A stretch of DNA of 64,000 nucleotides from the IMG/VR virus record IMGVR_UViG_3300035698_023946; one strand, written 5' to 3'. The notes under the pieces were generated by a model. That model did not search any database and had not been told where the DNA came from. It was given only the letters and a program-made list of their open reading frames with translations. Shown piece after piece: positions 1 to 8,053 of this stretch. The translations under genes were made by a program, and so were the position numbers. Numbering within the stretch: the first letter of the stretch is position 1; each line of letters starts with the position of its first letter. This DNA is from an uncultured virus (IMG/VR IMGVR_UViG_3300035698_023946). Taxonomy: Duplodnaviria > Heunggongvirae > Uroviricota > Caudoviricetes.

Positions 1-272
1 ACTGGAACGCTTCCAGCCAGTAAACCGGCAATCGATTTATAATAAGAAAACCGATCTACTAACTTTACAGAAGATAATTGACTACGACTTTCTAGTCGAT
101 CACTATCTTGAATAAGGTGAGAAAGTAGCTCTAACTGTTCTTCGTCTTCAGGAATATCTAACTTAGATATGTCAACCTTCCGTTCTTCTGCGACGTTTTG
201 TTCCAGAAGACTTCGGTTTTGGATTGCGTTTCCTCTTTGCTTTTGGAAGCTCGATTTTTTCCACTTCATCAT
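1..272 (-). CDS. Hypothetical protein, N-terminal part (runs off the left edge)
   Basis: Manual translation gives an open frame MMKWKKSSFQKQRGNAIQ...LLAGSVP from ATG at 272 to the window edge; not in the ORF track. Confidence 0.45.
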   Translation of the reverse strand, partial: MMKWKKSSFQKQRGNAIQNRSLLEQNVAEERKVDISKLDIPEDEEQLELLSHLIQDSDRLESRSQLSSVKLVDRFSYYKSIAGLLAGSVP

Positions 273-927
273 AATTTGATAAATCCATATTTATTTCAAT
301 ATTAGAGCTTTTATTTTCCCCATTTTCAAATGAAGGAAATCTCTTTATATCGATTACCATTTCTTTCATTTTGATTTTACTAAGACCATGCTCCATATCC
401 AAATCAACATCTGGATAATAAATATGTGTCAAATCCTTCGGTACTGCCACAATATTGTAATTCTTGAAAATATCTGATAACTTCTTTATATTAAACAACT
501 TCAAATGACGATAAACTCTTCTACCGAGCTTTCTTTTAATCTCCTGCCTCAAAAACTCTATGTCATCAGATACCGCAACAAATGATCTAATATTATACTC
601 TATGTCATCGTGAATATCTACCAGATATGCTTCAAAAAACCTTGATTCAGCATTCTTTGCGACCTTATTTTCAAAAACACTTTCATCATCTTTGTTTTTT
701 AATTCTCCAAACTTATACGGGTATAATTCCGGTATTCTTTCGCATGGAAAGTCGTTCAAATCTACCGAACAAGAAAAATCTTGATAATCATTTTCTTCTA
801 AGTTTTCTTTCTTTTTACAACCGTTATACTTGCACCCCACACAAGAACTCCACCGATCATGCAGATATTCCACCGTTTTCTCTGCTTCAATAACTTCATA
901 TTCATCACTACACCCTTCTTTCATCAC
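172..927 (-). CDS. Hypothetical protein with basic C-terminal tail
   Basis: 251-aa ORF; 4-nt overlap with upstream gene. Confidence 0.75.
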   Translation of the reverse strand: MMKEGCSDEYEVIEAEKTVEYLHDRWSSCVGCKYNGCKKKENLEENDYQDFSCSVDLNDFPCERIPELYPYKFGELKNKDDESVFENKVAKNAESRFFEAYLVDIHDDIEYNIRSFVAVSDDIEFLRQEIKRKLGRRVYRHLKLFNIKKLSDIFKNYNIVAVPKDLTHIYYPDVDLDMEHGLSKIKMKEMVIDIKRFPSFENGENKSSNIEINMDLSNYDEVEKIELPKAKRKRNPKPKSSGTKRRRRTEG

Positions 928-2117
928 AACGCTCCTCTCTTTTTTGACTTATATTTATCTACAACTTTTTGCAATTTGTCCCAAATCTTAAAACGTTCAA
1001 TAGTATCTCTTTTATTTTCTTTTCTTTTTCTATCTCTATATTCGTGCCTATTTTTCATAGAATCATAAAGATGTTGATCGATCTCCATGTTTTGAGATAT
1101 TTTACGAATTTTACCATTCATTAATGCTGCTACCGTGCATATCGAACTACCGTTACCTAAAAACCTAACAGTTGATTCAGAACTTATTTTCTTCTTATCA
1201 ATCAGATCGTTTAAAACACATCTATGTTCTTGATCGAATTCATTCATGAAACAATTGACCAAGATAGAATCATTATCTGCTAATTTAACCTTAATAGGAT
1301 AATTGACTTCGCTATGTCTCATGACGGTTATACCCATCCTTCTTTTATTAACTTCGTCTTCAAGCTCTTCGCCTAAAGGTATCACATCTAAAAAGTTCAA
1401 GCTCTCATAATAATGATAAGCAGATTCGAAATTCAAATCAAAAGCCTGACTAAGAACTGACTTCATGTAATTCCTATTATCTCTCATGTTAATTCTATCA
1501 ACAAACTCTTGCTTATAGTTAATAGCTGCATCAAGAAAGTCTTGAGAAGCAGTTAATTCAAATTCTATCAAAAGTCTTGGTGCTCTAGCAATTATGAGAG
1601 GATTGTTTCTTATTGCAACATTCGCATCGATAGGGCATCTAAGAATCTTATCTTCTGTCAAATCTTTAAGACCCAATCCGGTGGCATCAATCATTTGCTC
1701 TTGAAAAATGTCGTAACAAAGAGTATTAACGGTGAAGTCCCTTTCGTAGATATTCCTATTCAACCATGTCAATTCCACTCCCATCCGATTCAATTCACCG
1801 TCGATATCGAAATGTACCAAAGGATTCTGAGCTGATTGAATTTCAATCTCACAACCATCCGAGATCATATGAATAGTTCCGGTGTTATCGAATTTACCCG
1901 GCTCACCAGCACCATGTTGGACCGCCAAGGTGTCTGCGAATTCGAAGTTCTTACCATTTTTTAAAATCAGGTCGATGTCTCCCTCACTAACACCATAGAC
2001 CACATGATCTCGAATAAATCCTCCAACCACAATAGGATATTCACCAATCGATTGGCCAATCGATTTGAAGTCCTCAAACAATCCTTGAACTGCATATGAA
2101 AAGGTTAATTCGTCCAT
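924..2117 (-). CDS. Class II tRNA nucleotidyltransferase / poly(A) polymerase family protein with C-terminal extension
   Basis: VVGGFIRD, GDIDL and ERDFTVN motifs; likely start MDELTF at 2117 (ORF track extends to 2162). Confidence 0.85.
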   Translation of the reverse strand: MDELTFSYAVQGLFEDFKSIGQSIGEYPIVVGGFIRDHVVYGVSEGDIDLILKNGKNFEFADTLAVQHGAGEPGKFDNTGTIHMISDGCEIEIQSAQNPLVHFDIDGELNRMGVELTWLNRNIYERDFTVNTLCYDIFQEQMIDATGLGLKDLTEDKILRCPIDANVAIRNNPLIIARAPRLLIEFELTASQDFLDAAINYKQEFVDRINMRDNRNYMKSVLSQAFDLNFESAYHYYESLNFLDVIPLGEELEDEVNKRRMGITVMRHSEVNYPIKVKLADNDSILVNCFMNEFDQEHRCVLNDLIDKKKISSESTVRFLGNGSSICTVAALMNGKIRKISQNMEIDQHLYDSMKNRHEYRDRKRKENKRDTIERFKIWDKLQKVVDKYKSKKRGAL

Positions 2118-3307
2118 GTTTCCACAAAGTCCCAAATACTTCCAGACTTGTCTCCAAACCAATTTTTAGGAGCTTCTACTACATACTTGATTCCTGAGAC
2201 ATTCCTTAAAACAGGATTTTGTTGATGTGCTTCAAGTTGTTCGACCTTAATCAAACAACCTTCATCATCAAAAGCCGCCACATCTATGTCGAAAGAAACG
2301 TTCTTATTCCAAAAGACATAACTCCCCGGTTTATCGAATAAGAATACAGCTGCTTCATCTTTGGTCAACGGTTGTTGAAACATTAACCCTTGTTCTCTTG
2401 AATGGTCGCTATCGGCCACCATCCTTATTTTAAGCTTTCTGTTTTCCAGTTCAGAAGTAGCTAATTTTCTAATTCCTTCATTTTCCCTAGAGTACCTGAT
2501 GACACTCATCAGTTTTGATGAAGAAAACTTTCTTAGTGAAGAATTCGTCTTAGATCGAACGGAAGCTCCTACACCGAAGGCATTGTCCGGAAGAGTTTGT
2601 CGATCCGGACTAAAAGGATAAGACGATTTTTCTGGATCAGAAATAGAATTATTCCAAGATTCATAATTTGATTTCAAGATCGAAGCATGAAGCGAATTCC
2701 TTATTGTAATCATATTTTGAAATTCTTGCGGTATCATTTCTACTTGTCCAGGTGAATGAAAAAAAATGATCTCTTTATCTGTCTCCTTCCACACCCTAAA
2801 TTTTTGGCCACCTAAATCAATCACACCCTTCGGAGATTGTTCAACACTTTTAAAAGCAACTTTAGAAAACTCATCGTTATCAGATTGAGGAGGATAAGAT
2901 AAAATTTGATTCACGATAGCCTTCTTTCCCTTATCTGTGATTTGGAATCTCCCATCCTCTTCAAGCAGATATCCTCTCCTCATCAATCCTTTAGCTTTAG
3001 AAGAAGTTTTTTCATCTACAGTTAAAACTGGTTCTTCATTTTTAGAATCTTGCCACAATGCGAAAAGAAGGTTTTCATCTTCCTTACTAGCAAATCCTAA
3101 AGAATTACACTGCAAGTCAATTATGTTTTGAAAATCAAAAAAAGAAGCCGGAGACTGGTTCTCTGGAATACCCATGACAATTTCATAAAGATTCGGTTTA
3201 TCGTTAAGACGTATTGACCAATTCCTATCGTCCGATTCATGAGGAGATACATGAGTCCTATAAAATGAATTTTGCGACTTTTTGAAAAGATTGCTAATTA
3301 CTTTCAT
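2105..3307 (-). CDS. Multidomain protein with C-terminal DUF192-like domain
   Basis: C-terminal ADSDHSREQGLMF...VFWNKNVSFDIDVAAFDDEG...YVVEAP resembles DUF192; internal winged-helix-like RRGYLLEEDGRFQITDKGK. Confidence 0.7.
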   Translation of the reverse strand: MKVISNLFKKSQNSFYRTHVSPHESDDRNWSIRLNDKPNLYEIVMGIPENQSPASFFDFQNIIDLQCNSLGFASKEDENLLFALWQDSKNEEPVLTVDEKTSSKAKGLMRRGYLLEEDGRFQITDKGKKAIVNQILSYPPQSDNDEFSKVAFKSVEQSPKGVIDLGGQKFRVWKETDKEIIFFHSPGQVEMIPQEFQNMITIRNSLHASILKSNYESWNNSISDPEKSSYPFSPDRQTLPDNAFGVGASVRSKTNSSLRKFSSSKLMSVIRYSRENEGIRKLATSELENRKLKIRMVADSDHSREQGLMFQQPLTKDEAAVFLFDKPGSYVFWNKNVSFDIDVAAFDDEGCLIKVEQLEAHQQNPVLRNVSGIKYVVEAPKNWFGDKSGSIWDFVETWTN

Positions 3308-4031
3308 TGTAGTAATCCTCTAGTGGTCGAGGTGAGATTATATCTATATCAAAATGTTCTAAAAGTTTCAATCCTCTGTCCTTGTCGTATCCTAATATTT
3401 TTCCAATGGCAAGAGAAAATCTTTTTTCATTGATCGACTTCAAAATCAAATCCTTATACCTAAACATGGCTCTTTGAAGATTCTCATCAATCCTATAGCC
3501 ATATCTGTTCTTAAACATGATTGCTCTCAGTATAATTATAGGATTGTTTTTAACAGAAATTGAGGGATCGATTGGTGTTCTAATCAATTTGTGACGTAAA
3601 TCAGATGCCCCCTTTTCTGTTAAATCATAAACTTTACCTGATCTAATGCTGTAGAGCAAAGAATTTATAGTAAAATCCCTAGAAAAGACATTTAAAGACG
3701 TATGATTCTGATCTACATCATATTTTCTTAACTCTTTTAAGATACTATAATTAGGAGAATAAGATTGAAATTCCAATTTAACTCCTCGATAAAACATATA
3801 GGCAGTTCCTGATCTATGATGATATTTTAAATCTACACCAAAATCGGAACTCAACAGTCCCGCCAATTTGAGGCCATTGTATTCAGGAGAAGTTAAATCT
3901 ATATCATCCCCTTTCGGATGTATCTTTTTTAAGACCTTATGTCGAACGTATCCCCCTACAGCAAATACAATAATTCCAATTGTTTTAGCCGTTCTATCTA
4001 CTTCGTCTAAAACGCTATCGAAATTATTCAT
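3294..4031 (-). CDS. Class II tRNA nucleotidyltransferase / poly(A) polymerase family protein (short)
   Basis: AVGGYVR, DDIDL and SRDFTINS motifs. Confidence 0.85.
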   Translation of the reverse strand: MNNFDSVLDEVDRTAKTIGIIVFAVGGYVRHKVLKKIHPKGDDIDLTSPEYNGLKLAGLLSSDFGVDLKYHHRSGTAYMFYRGVKLEFQSYSPNYSILKELRKYDVDQNHTSLNVFSRDFTINSLLYSIRSGKVYDLTEKGASDLRHKLIRTPIDPSISVKNNPIIILRAIMFKNRYGYRIDENLQRAMFRYKDLILKSINEKRFSLAIGKILGYDKDRGLKLLEHFDIDIISPRPLEDYYNESN

Positions 4032-4036
4032 ATCAA

Positions 4037-4441
4037 TTACGCCATTGCTGCTTCAGGCTCTTTAACAGAAGACTCGTCATAGTACCTTCCATATAAAACA
4101 TCTTTGACGAAGTCTTTCAATACAAATCTCTTAAATACAACTGGAGCTCTTTGACCGGCTTTTAAAACTTGTTCAGAATTTCTGTTGCATCCGGTTATAA
4201 AAACGACCTTCATAGATGGAAATTTATTATGGATATAATCATACAACATGATTCCGTTATTAGGATCTCCATTAATCAAGATGTCAAGAATGACATAATC
4301 GTAATCATTTTTATCTAAGAGCTTTAAAGCCTCACTTGATGAAGTACAATATTCCGATTTTACTTCTTGCATCTCGAACGCTTTATTCAAAAGAAGTGCG
4401 GTTCCGATATAATCATCTACGATTAACACTGATAATCCCAT
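4037..4441 (-). CDS. Stand-alone response regulator receiver (CheY-like) protein
   Basis: LIVDD acidic pocket, ILDI phosphoacceptor Asp, FITG, conserved Lys (FKRF). Confidence 0.85.
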   Translation of the reverse strand: MGLSVLIVDDYIGTALLLNKAFEMQEVKSEYCTSSSEALKLLDKNDYDYVILDILINGDPNNGIMLYDYIHNKFPSMKVVFITGCNRNSEQVLKAGQRAPVVFKRFVLKDFVKDVLYGRYYDESSVKEPEAAMA

Positions 4442-4465
4442 TGCCTTTACCTCTTCTACTTTATT

Positions 4466-4978
4466 TTATAAAAACATGTCTCGCTGACTTCTTTCACTCC
4501 ATGTTTCTGGTTCACAAGATGGAAGTTTTGGCCAGAACTCTCTCATCCAGGGCCACGCTCCTGGCTTTTTGTCAGGACTGTTATTCTTATTTCTCCAATG
4601 CTTTTGCATTCTTCCTATAAATTTAGGATCAGTCCTAGTGACTCTATCAAATTCGGTGATATAACCGAGGTCTTTTGTCTTCTTCTTCTTTTTCTTATTT
4701 TTTGATCGTTTCTTCTTCTTTCTTTCCAATTCGGTACGAACTGGTTTAGTTCCCTTATCCGAACCCCACTCTTCATTCATGGGACCTTCAAGATACATGT
4801 TCCAAGGCGTGACTCTTTCTCTCGTGAAAGTGTCTAAATGAGACAGTGGCCCGGTACCGCGACCAATCCCACTATCTCCCGGATAAGAACCGATCCAATC
4901 ATGATAGTGATCGGTATAGCCTCTTCCTGGAGTTTGAGCCACCTTCTCTAAAAAAGTTTTAGACCTAATGATCTTCAT
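4466..4978 (-). CDS. Hypothetical protein with poly-Lys tract
   Basis: 170-aa ORF containing RKKKKRSKNKKKKKK. Confidence 0.7.
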   Translation of the reverse strand: MKIIRSKTFLEKVAQTPGRGYTDHYHDWIGSYPGDSGIGRGTGPLSHLDTFTRERVTPWNMYLEGPMNEEWGSDKGTKPVRTELERKKKKRSKNKKKKKKTKDLGYITEFDRVTRTDPKFIGRMQKHWRNKNNSPDKKPGAWPWMREFWPKLPSCEPETWSERSQRDMFL

Positions 4979-4979
4979 A

Positions 4980-5615
4980 TTAGTTTCTCAAAAGTTTCTT
5001 GGTTATGTTCATGTATGTGTCTTTCAAACTTCTTCCAGTTTGTTTCTGAAAAGCCCTTGCATAATCGACATATCTTTCTTGGTTATTCTTTGATAAGAAT
5101 ATCTTAACGGGATTGTTATTATTCACAAATTGAGACCAACCTTTTCTAGAAACATAATTCAGCAAATCTTCGTTGGAATAATCATCTCTCATTTTAAGAT
5201 CTTCGATCATAGACTTGACGTATTCATTGATGTTCGATTTGACCCAGCCGGAAAATTTGTTTTCCGACACGGTTTCTCCATCAAATGTTTGTGTGGGGAA
5301 AAGAGGATTTTCTACCGCTTCGGACTGATCTAAAGTTTGTCGTTCTAAAGGAGTCTCAATGGCGGAAGGTTGTTCCGCAGGTAATGGTTGAATTTGCTGA
5401 ACGGGCTGTTGAACGGGCTGTTGAACGGGCTGTTGAACAGACAATTGCTCACCAGAGTTATAATCAACTAAGAACTCACCATATCCTTGATTAAGATTTG
5501 TTGTCTCTTCCATCAGCGCTTGAGATAAGGATTCAAGGCCACTTTCATCTAAGTGCTGAATTTTATGACATAACTTGTAAAAGCAAGACCTGTCTTTTTT
5601 TGAAACGATCATCAT
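4980..5615 (-). CDS. Hypothetical protein with QQPV repeats
   Basis: 211-aa ORF preceded by AGGAG. Confidence 0.75.
   Translation of the reverse strand: MMIVSKKDRSCFYKLCHKIQHLDESGLESLSQALMEETTNLNQGYGEFLVDYNSGEQLSVQQPVQQPVQQPVQQIQPLPAEQPSAIETPLERQTLDQSEAVENPLFPTQTFDGETVSENKFSGWVKSNINEYVKSMIEDLKMRDDYSNEDLLNYVSRKGWSQFVNNNNPVKIFLSKNNQERYVDYARAFQKQTGRSLKDTYMNITKKLLRN
5398..5438. repeat. 12-bp coding tandem repeat (TGAACGGGCTGT, about 3.4 copies)
   Basis: Seen directly; encodes (QQPV)n. Confidence 0.95.
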
Positions 5616-5624
5616 GAAACTCCT

Positions 5625-7169
5625 TTAATTAAGGATTACCGGACCATATAAATCCACATAATCAGAATAGGTTTTATCAAATTCGTATTTTGTGTTAATT
5701 AACTTAATCAATGTAGCAAGAGGTTTTGGATTCGACTCGGATTGAGTGCTCTTTAAAACAGGCTTATCTTCATAATAAGCAACGAAGTCATCTCCATCGC
5801 TATAGATAGAAACCATGTCATTTCCATGAGCGTTATATTTAAGAGGTATGTTGAAAAGCCATTCTCCTCTTGATTCATCTAGAATCTTCATTCTATTTTT
5901 CAACAAGGGGTTATCCTTTAAATCATCGTCTACATCATCGAGAGGAGAGCTATTGATCCCTCCAGACCAATCCATGTTGTCGTGAAGGGTTTTATACATA
6001 TGTTTTGGAGAAGTTTGTCTGACTTCATCATCCCTGCCCTTTCTTCTATGCTGATTGGTTTGCTTATTATAGCCTCCAGGATAAAAATCCTCACGATACG
6101 TTCCCGGTGGTCCCGCCAACACCTTTATGACATTCTTGACCGAAGCGTTTTTCTCATGGAATGTGAAAGGAATGTTATACTGTTTCAAATATTCTTTGAT
6201 TACGTCTATCTTGATTCCTAAACCCAATGAGTTTGCATAAACGTTTTCATCATAAGCAAATGCTACTGCAACACCGATGACTGCTTGTTTATCAGCAGAA
6301 TAAACCATTCCACCACTATCTCCAGGAATGATCTGAGCGTCAATTAAGAATTCTGTTTGTGAGTTTGGCATTTCGGTATTTGAGACGATACCAGAGGTGA
6401 CACTTTTTTGAGCGTTCAAGGGATCTCCGATGACGATGACGCCGTCACCCTTTCTAATCGTTCCGGAATTTCCAAGATTGACAGGATACACTTGGTCTTC
6501 AAACCCTGACGACTGAGTATCGACATAAAGTACAGCAAAATCCACATTCACATCATAAAGAACGATGGACGCTGGAAAATTATAGCCTTTGAATTGAACA
6601 TAAATGGCTAAATTTTGTGCTATCTCTTGATTTCTATCATAATCAGCTGTCATTTGAACGACATGAGCACAGGTCAAAACGTGTTGTTTATTAATGAAAA
6701 AACCAGACCCAGCTCCTTCCTGAGACTGGCCTTGAGCGGATTGAGTTATGACAGAAACAGCTGAATTCTCTATTTGGGAGACATAGTCAGCTAACGTTTG
6801 AGATGTCTTTGGTCTTATTTTTACTCTGCTTTTAAACTGCTTCTTTTTTGGGATATACTTTGAATGTTCAACTTCCTTATTTTGATGAGTTTTTTGAAGT
6901 CTACTTTGTTCGTTCGGCGAGAACGGATAATCATCGAAACTGGTATCCGTATATGGCCCAGTCTTTTCCCTTGGACCACGAGTGTCCTGTGTCCAATCTG
7001 CCGGGTCATGAACTACTTCTTTGTTGTTGTCTTTAAGAGTGGGCTTAACCTTTCGGATAGGTTTCGGGACAAACCTTTGGCGTTCCATCATCCCTTCAGG
7101 GATTTGCATGGAGTCGTTATTTTGAATTCGATGAACCAGATCTGGACCAAAAGATGTTATCAGTTTCAT
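5625..7169 (-). CDS. Trypsin-like (S1/HtrA-type) serine protease domain protein, no PDZ
   Basis: GSGF, LTCAHVV (His), DFAVL (Asp), PGDSGG (Ser). Confidence 0.9.
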   Translation of the reverse strand: MKLITSFGPDLVHRIQNNDSMQIPEGMMERQRFVPKPIRKVKPTLKDNNKEVVHDPADWTQDTRGPREKTGPYTDTSFDDYPFSPNEQSRLQKTHQNKEVEHSKYIPKKKQFKSRVKIRPKTSQTLADYVSQIENSAVSVITQSAQGQSQEGAGSGFFINKQHVLTCAHVVQMTADYDRNQEIAQNLAIYVQFKGYNFPASIVLYDVNVDFAVLYVDTQSSGFEDQVYPVNLGNSGTIRKGDGVIVIGDPLNAQKSVTSGIVSNTEMPNSQTEFLIDAQIIPGDSGGMVYSADKQAVIGVAVAFAYDENVYANSLGLGIKIDVIKEYLKQYNIPFTFHEKNASVKNVIKVLAGPPGTYREDFYPGGYNKQTNQHRRKGRDDEVRQTSPKHMYKTLHDNMDWSGGINSSPLDDVDDDLKDNPLLKNRMKILDESRGEWLFNIPLKYNAHGNDMVSIYSDGDDFVAYYEDKPVLKSTQSESNPKPLATLIKLINTKYEFDKTYSDYVDLYGPVILN

Positions 7170-7981
7170 TATTTATCAGATTTCTTTTCATTTTTATGCT
7201 TTCTTTGCGGAGAAAGAGCTTCTTCTAAATCGCTAGAATCAAAACCCAAATGTTCTTTATTATACTTGTGGCACTTTGGGTCTTCTTTGTTGATGTAAAT
7301 ATCTTCCATTAGAGACGAATTCTGCGTTACAGGTCCTTTCAAGCTCCATTCAACTCCCGGTTCTTTTCGTTCATAAACTGACAATAAGCTTCTCGCTTCC
7401 TTTAAACTTCCAGCTTCATCCTGTTCCACAAAAGAATTTGATTCCTGACTGAAATAACCAATGACATAACCATCCTGTGAATCTTCGTAATTCACAACAG
7501 ATTCAACAACTTTGGCCTCATCAGTTTCAGCACTCACGACATCTCGTTTTTCAACTCTATCTTTGTTCTTCTTGTAAAACTCTTGGTTCTCTTTAGCTCT
7601 AGCTTTTTCTTTCACCATGACATCATGGGTGTAAAGAGGAATCCCGTCTACATCATGAAATCTACTATCATGACATTCGTCGGCACAACCCTTTTCCAAA
7701 AGATCGTGATCTGTTTTAAGATCGTTCACATGAGAGTCCTTCTGTCTAATTTCAAGGATTCCATCACCCTCATCTTCTTCATGATCTAGGTTTTTTTGAT
7801 TGATTTGATAATCATCACCTTCGTCATTCACATGATCGCCAAATAAGGACTCTTCTAAAAATTGTTTTGGTTCCTTTCCAGATTTCTTCAAAAGGCTTGT
7901 CCAAGACTTATCTCGGTCTTCCTTGTCAGAACATCCAGAAATACTAATGAAATTATCAAATATTTGCATGATTTTCTCCAC
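7169..7981 (-). CDS. Acidic hypothetical protein
   Basis: 270-aa ORF; probable start is MQIFD after GGAG. Confidence 0.75.
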   Translation of the reverse strand: MEKIMQIFDNFISISGCSDKEDRDKSWTSLLKKSGKEPKQFLEESLFGDHVNDEGDDYQINQKNLDHEEDEGDGILEIRQKDSHVNDLKTDHDLLEKGCADECHDSRFHDVDGIPLYTHDVMVKEKARAKENQEFYKKNKDRVEKRDVVSAETDEAKVVESVVNYEDSQDGYVIGYFSQESNSFVEQDEAGSLKEARSLLSVYERKEPGVEWSLKGPVTQNSSLMEDIYINKEDPKCHKYNKEHLGFDSSDLEEALSPQRKHKNEKKSDK

Positions 7982-8009
7982 CTAGAGTATTCGATCTACA
8001 TTTTTAAGT

Positions 8010-8035
8010 ATTCTCCTCAAAACGGCTGAAAGCCT
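8010..8035 (-). promoter_or_regulatory. Possible SigH-type promoter (AGGC-N18-GAAT)
   Basis: Minus strand reads AAAGAGGCTTT...GAGAATA in the gap between terL and the downstream block; single instance. Confidence 0.3.
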
Positions 8036-8053
8036 CTTTTTTTGTGAAGAAAA

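Noticed and set aside
5398..5438. 12-bp tandem repeat as a phase-variation or origin element
   Set aside because: The unit length is a multiple of three and it encodes a QQPV linker, so copy-number change would not shift the frame.
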